Shown piece after piece: positions 19,323 to 28,507 of a DNA stretch of 63,790 bases. A program made the position numbers and the translations under genes. The notes under the pieces are model-generated. The model worked only from the letters and a program-made list of their open reading frames with translations, made no database searches and was not told the DNA's origin. This DNA comes from Pedosphaera sp. (GTDB lineage: Bacteria; Verrucomicrobiota; Verrucomicrobiia; Limisphaerales; SIBH01), in contig JANOQV010000171.1 of NCBI GenBank assembly GCA_031414955.1, positions 1-63,790 of the forward strand, in the 5' to 3' direction. The number at the start of each line of letters is the position of its first letter. The stretch's first letter is position 1.

Positions 19323-20717
19323 ATGAACACCAAAGATTTTCTCCGCCTCGGCGTGCCGCTGGGTGAAGCCACGCGGCGGGCCACGGACTTTGTCGCGAAG
19401 TTCATTCTCGGCGGCGGCGACAAGTCGCGGTTGCGCGAGGAGGTCGCGGCCATCGTGGCAAACCCGGCGGCGTTCGTGGAGGACGCGTTGCGCGGTGAAT
19501 TCGCCAAGGCGCTGCTCAAAGCGCCGCCGCCGCCGCGCGCGGTGCCGGTGAAGTATCGCCAATGGGGCGAGGGTCTGGAGCACGAGGCGGTGATGCAGAT
19601 GGAGCGGGCCTGTCTGCTGCCGGTGGCGGTGGCGGGCGCGCTGATGCCGGACGCGCACGTCGGCTACGGCCTGCCCATCGGCGGCGTGCTGGCGACGGAG
19701 AACGCGGTGATTCCCTACGCGGTCGGCGTGGACATCGCGTGCCGGATGAAGATGACGGTGCTGGATCTTCCGCTCCGCGATCTGAAGCGAAAGCAGGATC
19801 GGCTCACGCGCGCCATCGAGGCGGAGACGCGCTTTGGCGTGGGCGCGAATTTCAAGGAGCGCCGCGCGCATGACGTGCTGGACGCGGACTGGTCGGTCAG
19901 CCCGGTGACGAAACAGTTCAAGGACAAGGCATGGTCGCAGCTCGGCACGAGCGGGAGCGGAAATCATTTCGTCGAGTTTGGCGTGTTCACGGCGAAGGAG
20001 AAACTCGGCGAACTTCCGCCGGGCGAATATCTGGCGCTGCTCTCGCATAGTGGCAGCCGGGGCACGGGCGCGGCGGTCTGTGATTACTACAGCAAGCTGG
20101 CCATCGAGCAGTTCCCGGATTTGCCGAGCGAGTTGAAGCGGCTGGCGTGGCTCGCGCTCGATTCGCAGGAGGGCCGCGAGTATTGGGAGGCGATGGAGTT
20201 GATGGGCCAGTACGCAGCGGCCAACCACGCCTGCATTCACCGCCACCTCGCGGAGAAGCTGGGCGCGCAGGTGCTGCTGGACGTGGAGAACCATCACAAC
20301 TTCGCGTGGAAGGAGCGGCACGTCATAGGCGGGGCGGAGCGCGAGGTGGTGGTCCATCGCAAGGGCGCGACGCCGGCGGGCGCGGGCGTGCTCGGCATCA
20401 TCCCCGGCTCGATGGCGTCGCCGGGTTTCTTGGTGCGAGGGAAAGGGAATGCCGAGTCGTTGAACTCGGCCTCACACGGCGCAGGTCGCGTCATGAGCCG
20501 CAAGAAGGCGAACGAATCGCTCTCGTGGGAGAAAGCCAACCGCCTGTTGAAGGAGCGCGGCGTCACGCTCATTAGCGCCGGTCTCGACGAGGTGCCGATG
20601 GTCTACAAAAACATCCACGAGGTCATGGCCGCGCAGAGCGATCTGGTGGAAGTGCTCGGCCAGTTCGATCCGAAGCTGGTGAAGATGGCACCGAGCGGGG
20701 AGCGACCGGAGGATTGA
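19323..20717 (+). CDS. rtcB: RNA ligase RtcB
   Basis: MPDAH.GYGLPIGG, VGVDIACR, GSGNHF, HSGSRG, NHHN, HRKGAT, PGSM, SHGAGR, DE.P..YK. Confidence 0.95.
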   Translation: MNTKDFLRLGVPLGEATRRATDFVAKFILGGGDKSRLREEVAAIVANPAAFVEDALRGEFAKALLKAPPPPRAVPVKYRQWGEGLEHEAVMQMERACLLPVAVAGALMPDAHVGYGLPIGGVLATENAVIPYAVGVDIACRMKMTVLDLPLRDLKRKQDRLTRAIEAETRFGVGANFKERRAHDVLDADWSVSPVTKQFKDKAWSQLGTSGSGNHFVEFGVFTAKEKLGELPPGEYLALLSHSGSRGTGAAVCDYYSKLAIEQFPDLPSELKRLAWLALDSQEGREYWEAMELMGQYAAANHACIHRHLAEKLGAQVLLDVENHHNFAWKERHVIGGAEREVVVHRKGATPAGAGVLGIIPGSMASPGFLVRGKGNAESLNSASHGAGRVMSRKKANESLSWEKANRLLKERGVTLISAGLDEVPMVYKNIHEVMAAQSDLVEVLGQFDPKLVKMAPSGERPED

Positions 20718-20743
20718 ACTGGTTCCTTGGCTAGGTGAGTTCC

Positions 20744-21210
20744 TCACGAAAAAGTGCGTTCACTCGGTTTTGGTGAGAGAAGGAGGCTCATTCCGGTCGA
20801 GTAATACCAATCACTGTAAATCCTGATGAACCGAGCTTTGATCGCCTCCGCCAAGGCACGCGCGTCTCCAGATTTGGATCGTGTATCATGGCGTTGTGAG
20901 AAAGCATCTAGTTCGGTTTGCCGCTGCGCTCCTGGCTGTCCATCTGCTTACTCACAACGAGGCTTCCGATGGGGAAGCCCCGCAGGATGGAATCCCACAA
21001 AAGTTCCACTTGCTGGGGGCTCCAGACTAGTCCGCGTTGAAGGGCTGGCACACTCGCTTTGATCTCCTCGCACGGAGCGTTCAGATGTTCAAGATCCCAC
21101 GCGGCAACTTGCTTGAGTGAAACGATAATGGGCTTCGGAACAGAGACAGCGTCGTTTGGTAAGCTCATGGTGCAGTAAATTGATTGATGCTTAGGTAGGG
21201 TGTTGTTCAA
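20744..21210 (-). pseudogene. DUF262 (GmrSD-like) gene with large internal deletion
   Basis: VPALQRGLVWSPQQVELLWDSILRGFPIGSL, truncated before the DGQQR motif; different-frame tail ARALAEAIKARFIRIYSDWY to stop at 20744. Confidence 0.7.
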
Positions 21211-21222
21211 AAGTGGCCATAA

Positions 21223-21795
21223 TCAAAAACGCTTCATCTCCATGCCCACCTTCTGCAACAACTCGGACGGCGTGGTTGCGTTCGCGTGTTTCATCATCGC
21301 CAGCAGCACTCGTCCGGCGGCTTCGGCGTCGGACTGAGCGTGATGGTGGTTAAATTGGTGGCCGATGTGTGCCGTCACGGTGCCGAGTTTGTGGTCAGGC
21401 AAGTCCGGCCAGACTCGTCGTGCGAGATTGCAGGTGCAAAGATAATCAAACTCGGGACAGGGCAGGCCGAAATGGTCCAAGGTGTCGCGCAGATGTCTGA
21501 TGTCGAAGCCTGCGTTGTGCGCAATCACGAGGTCAGAGCGAGTCAGGCGTTCCAGCAATTCCGGCGCAATGGCGGGAAACTCGGGAGCCTCCAGAACATC
21601 CAGATGCGTCAAGCCGTGACATTCAATGAAGATTTCGTGGAACCATCCATGTGGTTTTGGTGGGCGCACCAACCAGTAAGGGGACTCGGTCAGGATGCCA
21701 TTCTCAAACACCGCCAGTCCGGCGGCGCAGATGCTCACGGGCGAGTGATTGGCCGTTTCAAAGTCGAGGCTGGTGATGATCATCGTGTTCGTCAC
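21223..21795 (-). CDS. 3'-5' exonuclease (DEDDh, DnaQ-like)
   Basis: LDFETAN, AHNAGFD, HHAQSDA. Confidence 0.9.
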   Translation of the reverse strand: MTNTMIITSLDFETANHSPVSICAAGLAVFENGILTESPYWLVRPPKPHGWFHEIFIECHGLTHLDVLEAPEFPAIAPELLERLTRSDLVIAHNAGFDIRHLRDTLDHFGLPCPEFDYLCTCNLARRVWPDLPDHKLGTVTAHIGHQFNHHHAQSDAEAAGRVLLAMMKHANATTPSELLQKVGMEMKRF

Positions 21796-21921
21796 GGTAT
21801 GGTTCTCTCACACTGAGAAATCGAGGCAAAACAAGTTGGAGGCAACCAGCTTCTGAACCGGGCGACACGACAGAGGAAAATCCATCGCCGTGGTCAACAC
21901 GGACCCGATGCGCGCCGGGGA

Positions 21922-22416
21922 TTACTTCTCGTCGCGCTCGCGCTTGAGGATGGCTCGAAGCGCCGAGACGTCGATCTTGTCCTTGTCGCGCCACGAGGCT
22001 TCCTTGCAGTGGATTAAATCTTCAGGGGAGATGACAGGGATTTGCACGCCGTCACTTTGCAAATAGCGAAGGCGCGGGCGGAAATCATCCAGCGTACGCC
22101 CGCGCATTGTGACGAACACATCCAGGTCGAACTCTTCCTGAATACGCAAGGAGCCTTCCTGCAAAGTTTCAAAATCGCCAAGGGTCAGCTCACGCGCCCA
22201 GCCTTCGCCCCAAGTGGAAAGGAAAGCGAGGAGCTTGCGGATGTTCTCCGGCGCACGATGCACGATGATGTCGAGGTCACGCGTCTGGCGGTCGTAGCCA
22301 TTGAGAATGACGGCCAGCCCGCCGACGGCGGCAAAATCAATTCCCGCCGCCGCGATTTGGGCCAACAGTTTTTCGAACTGGGAAATAGTCCCCTTCGGAG
22401 AGTCTGGGTTTTCCAT
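21922..22416 (-). CDS. Nucleotidyltransferase (DUF6036/AbiEii-like)
   Basis: GGLAVILNGYDRQTRDLDI and K..SWRDKDKID motifs. Confidence 0.8.
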   Translation of the reverse strand: MENPDSPKGTISQFEKLLAQIAAAGIDFAAVGGLAVILNGYDRQTRDLDIIVHRAPENIRKLLAFLSTWGEGWARELTLGDFETLQEGSLRIQEEFDLDVFVTMRGRTLDDFRPRLRYLQSDGVQIPVISPEDLIHCKEASWRDKDKIDVSALRAILKRERDEK

Positions 22417-22546
22417 GGGTGTGCTTGTCCGTGAACTGGCGGATTTGTTCGAGCTGCCACAAGACCTGGCGCGGCGTGGGCGGACGGCCAACAATCTTGC
22501 GCGGGGCAAACTGCCCGGACTCGCCAAGAATGCTTTCGCCTTTCAT
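22337..22546 (-). CDS. Small hypothetical protein, possible antitoxin partner of the nucleotidyltransferase
   Basis: 69-codon ORF directly upstream of and overlapping the NTase start. Confidence 0.4.
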   Translation of the reverse strand: MKGESILGESGQFAPRKIVGRPPTPRQVLWQLEQIRQFTDKHTHGKPRLSEGDYFPVRKTVGPNRGGGN

Positions 22547-22594
22547 GCCCAAGCTTTAAGCCAGAACCGCAGCCGCTTCAACCCGGGAAGCGCC

Positions 22595-23482
22595 CTACTT
22601 CTTCTTGCCGAACTTCTTCGCGGCCGGAGCCTTCAGGCTCTTGAACTCCTTGGTGAGGTTCGTGAGCGAGGCCTCGATGCCCATGCGTTCGAGGCTCGTG
22701 GCCCCGACGAAGCCGACGGCGTCCGTGGCTTTCATCACGCGCTCTGCGTCGGCGGGCGTGTTGATGGGGCCGCCGTGGCAGAGGAAGAAGATGTCCTTCC
22801 GCACGGTGTTCGCGGCGTCGATGATGTCCTGCGTGCGCTTGATCGTGAAGTCCCAGCTCTTGACCGCGCTCTTCACGCCGATGCTGCCGCCGACGGTCGT
22901 GCCGACGTGCGCGATGATCGCGTCCGCGCCAGCCTTCGCCATCTCAATGGCTTCTTCGGGCGAACCGACATAGACGACGGAAAACAAATCCATCCGGCGT
23001 GCGAGTGCGACCATCTCGTATTCCTTCTTCACGCTCATGCCAGTTTCTTCGAGCACGCCGCGGAAGTGGCCGTCCACAATGGTGTGCGTGGGGAAATTGT
23101 TCACGCCGCTGAAGCCCATCTCCTTCACCTTGCCGAGCCAGTGCCACATGCGACGGCGCGGGTCGGTGGCGTGGACGCCGCAGATGACGGGGCATTCCTC
23201 GACCACGGGCAGCACTTCGTATTCGCCGATCTCCATGGCGATGGCGTTGGCGTCGCCATAAGCCATCATGCCGGCGGTCGAGCCGTGTCCCATCATGCGG
23301 AAGCGGCCCGAGTTGTAGATGATGATGAAATCAGCCCCGCCCTTCTCGATGAACTTGGCGCTGATGCCCGTGCCCGCGCCGCCCGCGATGATGGCGTCGC
23401 CCTTCTTGATCGTACTCATCAGGCGGTCGCGAACTTCTTTGCGCGTGTAAGGATTACCTTTTCCAGTCCAAGGGTTCGGCAT
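22595..23482 (-). CDS. Phosphoenolpyruvate hydrolase family / TIM-barrel protein (Tm-1 C-terminal homolog)
   Basis: GAGTGISAKF, IYNSGRFRM.G.GS.AG..AYGDAN, GVNNFPT, CHGGPI, GF.GATSLER. Confidence 0.92.
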   Translation of the reverse strand: MPNPWTGKGNPYTRKEVRDRLMSTIKKGDAIIAGGAGTGISAKFIEKGGADFIIIYNSGRFRMMGHGSTAGMMAYGDANAIAMEIGEYEVLPVVEECPVICGVHATDPRRRMWHWLGKVKEMGFSGVNNFPTHTIVDGHFRGVLEETGMSVKKEYEMVALARRMDLFSVVYVGSPEEAIEMAKAGADAIIAHVGTTVGGSIGVKSAVKSWDFTIKRTQDIIDAANTVRKDIFFLCHGGPINTPADAERVMKATDAVGFVGATSLERMGIEASLTNLTKEFKSLKAPAAKKFGKKK

Positions 23483-23657
23483 AGTTCAACTTTGGTTTTG
23501 TTTCAGACAGTGTGCGGAGACTGTGCCTCTGCCCGTTGGCCGCTGGCAACCGCCGATTCCGAACTCAAATCCACCACTGCCTGCTCAAACCGCACGGCAT
23601 GCCCTGGGCGCACCTTTCATTTGATCTCACTGGGCGGCCCTCCTACCGTCCGCGCCG

Positions 23658-24419
23658 GTGCATCCAATCGCCTTCAAGCTTGGGACATTGTCCGTCCATT
23701 GGTACGGCGTGCTCGTCGCCCTGGGTTTCATCGCCGGGCTATGGACGGCGGGCCGACGTGCTGCTCTCCAGGGTTTGTCGCCGGAAAAAGTGGGCGACTC
23801 CGGCCCGTGGATGATCGTGGGCGGCATCATTGGCGCGCGCTTGCTCTACGTGACGACCTACTGGCAGGAGAGCTTCGCCGCGCATCCCTGGACGGAGGTC
23901 TTCATGGTGCAACGGGGCGGGTTGGTGTTTTACGGAGGGCTCGTCGGAGCCAGCGTGGCCACCATTTTCTATTGTCGGGTCCGCCGCATGGCCCTCTGGA
24001 AACTGGCTGATGTGCTCGCGCCCAGCATCGCGTTGGGCTACGTGTTCGGCCGGTTGGGCTGCCTGATGAATGGCTGCTGCTACGGCCGGGCCTGTTCGCT
24101 GCCGTGGGCCATCCGTTATCCGTCCGGCGCACTGCCCCCGGAGCACGAGAGCGCGGTTCATCCAACCCAGATCTACGACTCACTCCTTAGCCTCGCCCTC
24201 TATCTCTTCCTCGCCTGGCTCTTTCGCCGGAAGAAGTTCGAGGGCCAGGTCTTCGCCGCCTACCTCATCGGCTACGCCTGCACGCGCTCGTTCGTCGAAT
24301 ACTTCCGCGGCGATTACAATCCGGCCCATACTCATGCCGGTTTCCTGACTCCGGCGCAGTTGGTCAGCGCGGGGATTCTCGTGGCGGGCGTGGCGCTGAT
24401 GGTGATGCTGAAGCGGCCC
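23658..24419 (+). CDS. lgt: Prolipoprotein diacylglyceryl transferase (no stop codon; reads into miaA)
   Basis: WYG, GARL.YV, GGLVFYGG, GRLGC..NGCCYG, HPTQIY, RSFVEYFR; end given is the domain end. Confidence 0.9.
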
Positions 24420-24560
24420 AATCCCCAATCCCCAATCCCAAATAAGCTCCAAGCTCCAAATTCCAAATGTAGAGACACGCTCCTCTGGCGCGGGTCTTGG
24501 ATTATGGATTTTGGGCCGTTGGGATTTGTTTGGAATTTGGGATTTGGAATTTGGAATTTT
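24417..24560. repeat. Heptamer-periodic palindromic element
   Basis: (CCCAATC)3-CCAAATAAGCT-CCAAGCT-CCAAATT ... TTGGAAT-TTGGGAT-TTGGAAT-TTGGAAT. Confidence 0.85.
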
Positions 24561-24575
24561 GCCCGCAACGCCTTG

Positions 24576-25490
24576 ATGCCCGCCTCCCCCCCCATCTTCC
24601 TCGTCGGCCCCACCGCCTCCGGCAAATCCGCCGTCGCACTCGCGCTCGCCGAGAAGCGGGGCGGCGAAATCATCTCGGTGGATTCCATGCAGGTCTATCG
24701 CGGACTGGACATCGGCACAGCCAAGCCAAGCGCCGCCGAGCGTGCCCGCGTGCCGCATCATCTCATCGATGTGGTGGAACTGACCGAGGCCTTCGACGCG
24801 GCGAAGTTCGTGGAGCAGGCCCGGCGGGCGGAGCAGGGGATCCGTGCCCGCGGGCGGACGCCGATTTTCTGTGGTGGCACCGGGCTTTATCTCAAGGCAC
24901 TTCTCGAAGGGCTCGGCGACGCACCGCCCTCCGACAGCGCCCTGCGCCGGGCACTCGAAGCCACGCCGCTCGAAGAACTTCTCCGCGAGTTGGAGCAGCG
25001 CGACCCCGTGACTTACGAGCGTATCGACCGCCAGAATCCGCGCCGCGTGATCCGTGCCCTTGAAGTCATCCGGCTCACCGGCAAGCCCTTCTCGGCGCAA
25101 CGCGCCACTTGGTCATCTAGCTCAACTCTCAACTCTCAACCCTTAACTCTCTTCGGCCTTAAGCGCACCGCTGCTGATCTGCACGCGCGCATCAATGCCC
25201 GCGTGGAGGAAATGTTCGCGCGTGGTTTGGTCGAGGAAACCCAGCGGTTGCTCGCCATGGGACTGGAGCGCAACCCTACCGCCATGCAGGCCATCGGCTA
25301 TCGCCAAGTGGTCGAACATCTGAGCGGCGCGCGGTCGCTGGCCGAGACGGTGGAACTCGTGAAGATTAAGACCCGCCAGTTCGCCAAGCGCCAGATGACG
25401 TGGTTCCGCCGGCAGCTCGCGGTCAATTGGCTTTCCGTGGAAGCGCATGAGGATGCCGCTCAAGTAGCAGAACGGATCCCACTGGCGTAA
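24576..25490 (+). CDS. miaA: tRNA dimethylallyltransferase
   Basis: GPTASGKS, DSMQVY.GLDIGTAKP, GGTGLY, AIGY, TRQFAKRQ.TWF. Confidence 0.95.
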   Translation: MPASPPIFLVGPTASGKSAVALALAEKRGGEIISVDSMQVYRGLDIGTAKPSAAERARVPHHLIDVVELTEAFDAAKFVEQARRAEQGIRARGRTPIFCGGTGLYLKALLEGLGDAPPSDSALRRALEATPLEELLRELEQRDPVTYERIDRQNPRRVIRALEVIRLTGKPFSAQRATWSSSSTLNSQPLTLFGLKRTAADLHARINARVEEMFARGLVEETQRLLAMGLERNPTAMQAIGYRQVVEHLSGARSLAETVELVKIKTRQFAKRQMTWFRRQLAVNWLSVEAHEDAAQVAERIPLA

Positions 25491-25499
25491 GCCCCAGCG

Positions 25500-26660
25500 T
25501 CACCGCTCGATCTGCACCGGCGTTCCCACCGCCACGAGTTGCAGCAGATATTCCGCGTTCCAGTTCGCCAGCCGGAAGCAGCCGTGCGATTCCGTGCGGC
25601 CCACGTCCTCGGGGCGCGGCGTGCCGTGGATGCCGTAGCCGGAGAGGTTCAAGCCGATCCACGCCGTGCCCACGGGATTGTTTGGCCCCGGCTTAATATG
25701 CAGCTTGCGCCCGAGTTCCTGCGCCTCGACCGACTCAGGAAAATTCTCCGGGTTGAACATGTAATCGGGATTCGGCACCAGCACCGTCACCCGCAGTTCG
25801 CCGACCGGACGCTTCTCCACGCGGGACGCGATGCTGCACGGGAAATGGGCGAGCAACCCGTTCGTGGCATCGAACGCCTGGAGGGTCCGCTCGCCGAGCC
25901 GGATGCGTAGAAAAGCCGCTTTGGTTCGCGGCGGCTCCCGGGTCACGGCCGGCACATTGATCGCGACTCCAGGCCGCACAGTCATCCAGTCCACGAGCGA
26001 ATTCAATTTCATGACTAAGGCTGGATGGGCATGACCGCGCTCGGCCACGCACTCCAGCATTGTTTCGTAATCGAGCCGTTCCTGCCGTGACTTGCCCAGC
26101 CATGTCGTGGCCAGCGGCATGAGCCGGCCAAGGTCGTTGGTCTCCACTCGGAAAGCCGTCAGCAGCGGCGTAGCCAGTGGAAGGCGCGCCCGCGTGTTCG
26201 TATCCCACTCGCCCGTGACCGGCAGCCCCTCGCGCAGTTGGAAGGCACGCATCGCGGCCCGCGTCTGTGCGCCGGGCACACCGTCAATCGAGCCGGGAGA
26301 AATGCCGATTCGATCCAGCGCCACTTGGGCTTCCAGAATCGTCGCGGACCGGGCCGGGTACGTGGCGCTCGAAGCGGCGCTCGCACTTGAAATCATCGCG
26401 GTGCGGGGCGGTGCAGGCAATGGGTTGGTGGCGCTCGCCGACAGCGCGGGCGGGGTCGGCGCGTTGGTCTGCGGCCCGGGAAGATTGCGCTCATACATCA
26501 CCCACCCCGAAGCCCCGAGCAGGAGCAGCACTCCGGCAACCAGCCCGAGGGCGCGCCCCGGCCTCTTTCGCCCGGGTTTTGCGGCCGCTCGATACTTGGT
26601 GTAAACGCGCACGCCGGACCTTAGCAAACCCCCGAAGTCGAAAGGGAGTGCAGAGTTCAC
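25500..26660 (-). CDS. L,D-transpeptidase with peptidoglycan-binding domain
   Basis: PG.IDG..G..T..A.RAFQ; PGPNNPVG, YGIHGT..ESHGCFRL; start uncertain. Confidence 0.88.
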   Translation of the reverse strand: MNSALPFDFGGLLRSGVRVYTKYRAAAKPGRKRPGRALGLVAGVLLLLGASGWVMYERNLPGPQTNAPTPPALSASATNPLPAPPRTAMISSASAASSATYPARSATILEAQVALDRIGISPGSIDGVPGAQTRAAMRAFQLREGLPVTGEWDTNTRARLPLATPLLTAFRVETNDLGRLMPLATTWLGKSRQERLDYETMLECVAERGHAHPALVMKLNSLVDWMTVRPGVAINVPAVTREPPRTKAAFLRIRLGERTLQAFDATNGLLAHFPCSIASRVEKRPVGELRVTVLVPNPDYMFNPENFPESVEAQELGRKLHIKPGPNNPVGTAWIGLNLSGYGIHGTPRPEDVGRTESHGCFRLANWNAEYLLQLVAVGTPVQIER

Positions 26661-26727
26661 TCGACCCCGCTCCGGCCCGGCTCAAGGCAATTGCTGATTG
26701 TGCCGAGGGTTTCCCTCGAGTATTTCT

Positions 26728-27108
26728 ATGCGCGCTGTGAAGCCACTGCTTCAAATCCTTGGACTCGTTCTGGCCCTGGCCTGGGTGCCCATCACTTCCC
26801 ATTGCAGTTGGGAGCGCGTCCTGGGCGGCGACATGTTCAAATGCGCGCCCGCTCCGGAACAGGGCGATTGTTCCAGCGAGAATGACAACTGCGCCGCCGT
26901 GGAGGCAGGCAGCTACAAACTGTCCAACACCCGTCTGGAAATCCCGGCCCTGGTGCTCTTGGCCGAGATGCGGCCCGGTTGTGTCCGGAGCGCGTTCGCC
27001 TTCCCGCCCCTTGCGCCGCCCACGGCGGCTCCGGTTGAAATCACCGCCCTTGGGCGTTTTGTCTCGCGTCTGGCCCTGCCACCCCGCGCTCCCTGCCTCG
27101 CTTCGTAA
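26728..27108 (+). CDS. Small Cys-rich membrane protein leading the metal efflux operon (DUF2946-like)
   Basis: Hydrophobic N-terminus, HC/C motifs, terminal PRAP. Confidence 0.6.
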   Translation: MRAVKPLLQILGLVLALAWVPITSHCSWERVLGGDMFKCAPAPEQGDCSSENDNCAAVEAGSYKLSNTRLEIPALVLLAEMRPGCVRSAFAFPPLAPPTAAPVEITALGRFVSRLALPPRAPCLAS

Positions 27109-27202
27109 GTCGTCCTCGCGCTGAGGACTCCTCCGTCTGGCCGGCGTTTTTTCACGCTGGGATTTCGTCCCTGTATTTCCGTGTCAGTGTCCGTGTTGGC
27201 TT

Positions 27203-28507
27203 ATGAAACGACATTTTGTCCGTTCCCTTTGTGTGAGTGGCTGGGTGGCGGCCGCGACTGTTGCGCTGGCGGCAGATGAGAGCGTGGTTGCGACCAATGG
27301 TCCGCAGGCCACCAACCGCGTTGGCCTGGAGGCGCTGGTCGCGGAAGTGTTGGCCCGCAATCCCGAACTGAACTTCTACCGCGCGGAAATTGCCGCCGCC
27401 CAGGGCGAGCGACGCACGGCGGGCACGCTGCCGAATCCCGAAGTGTCGGCCACGCTGGGCCACAAGCGCGCGAGCGGCGGCGGTGATGGCGTGGCGTGGT
27501 CAGTGTCCGCGCAGCAAACCATCGAATGGCCGGGGCGCGTGCCGTTGCGCAAGGCGATCGCCAACCAGCAAATCAAACTCGCCGAGCTGGGCCTGGCGCA
27601 ATTCAACATGGCGCTGGCCGCGCGGGCGCGCGCGCTCGCTGTCACGTTGTTCGCCGCGCAGGAGAAAGCCGCCGCTACACATGAGGTTGCGGATCGTTTC
27701 CAATCTCTCCGCGAAGTGCTGGTGCAACGTGATCCCGCCGGACTCACGCCCGCGCTGGAGACGCGCATCATTGAGGCCACGGAACTCACGCTGCACCGGC
27801 GCGCCAGCGCGGCGGCCACGGCCGAGCAGGCGGCGTTGCTCGAATTGAATCAACTGCGAGGCCGGCCGTTGAGCGAGACGGTGAAAGTGCAGCGGCCCGG
27901 GCTGACGTTCGCCCCGGCACCGGGCGCGGACGTACTGCAAGCCGCCGCGCTGACCAACAACTTTGAATTGCAAATGCGCCGGGCGGAGTTGGAGCAGCAG
28001 GGCTTCAAAGTCTCGCTGGCGAAGAACGAGCGGAACCCGGCGTTCAGCGTCGGGCCGTACGTCTCACAGGAGCGGGCCGGGGATCGGGAGACGCAAATCG
28101 GCCTGGGCGTGACGATCCCGCTGCCGCTGTGGAGCCGGAACAAAGGCGGCGTGGAACTGGCCGAGGCGCGCCAGCAGCAGGCCGCGACTTCGATGCTCGT
28201 CACGCAACGGCAGCTTGAGCGGCAGGTGGCCGAGCAGGCCATGCGTTATCAGTCCAAGCTCACCGAGATGGGCAAGTGGCGCGCTGATTCCATAGAGAAA
28301 TTTCAGGAAGCGGCGGCTCTGGCGGATCGGCATTACCGGCTCGGCGCGGTGCCCATCGCCACTTACGTCGAATTGCAAAAGCAATACCTCGAAGCCGTTG
28401 AGGCGTTGCTCGACACGCGGACGGAGGCGCTGGAAGCGGCCCTGCAACTGGAACTGCTGACGGGCCTCGCGCCGTCCCCAACCGCGGCACGGGAGGCGAA
28501 GCCATGA
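27203..28507 (+). CDS. TolC family outer membrane efflux protein (CzcC-like)
   Basis: LPNPEV, IPLPLW.RN.G OEP repeats; context. Confidence 0.9.
   Translation: MKRHFVRSLCVSGWVAAATVALAADESVVATNGPQATNRVGLEALVAEVLARNPELNFYRAEIAAAQGERRTAGTLPNPEVSATLGHKRASGGGDGVAWSVSAQQTIEWPGRVPLRKAIANQQIKLAELGLAQFNMALAARARALAVTLFAAQEKAAATHEVADRFQSLREVLVQRDPAGLTPALETRIIEATELTLHRRASAAATAEQAALLELNQLRGRPLSETVKVQRPGLTFAPAPGADVLQAAALTNNFELQMRRAELEQQGFKVSLAKNERNPAFSVGPYVSQERAGDRETQIGLGVTIPLPLWSRNKGGVELAEARQQQAATSMLVTQRQLERQVAEQAMRYQSKLTEMGKWRADSIEKFQEAAALADRHYRLGAVPIATYVELQKQYLEAVEALLDTRTEALEAALQLELLTGLAPSPTAAREAKP

Noticed and set aside
2334..25490. Several tRNA-related genes (trmB, mnmE, rtcB, miaA) in one region
   Set aside because: Dispersed, on different strands and separated by unrelated genes; no evidence of a functional cluster
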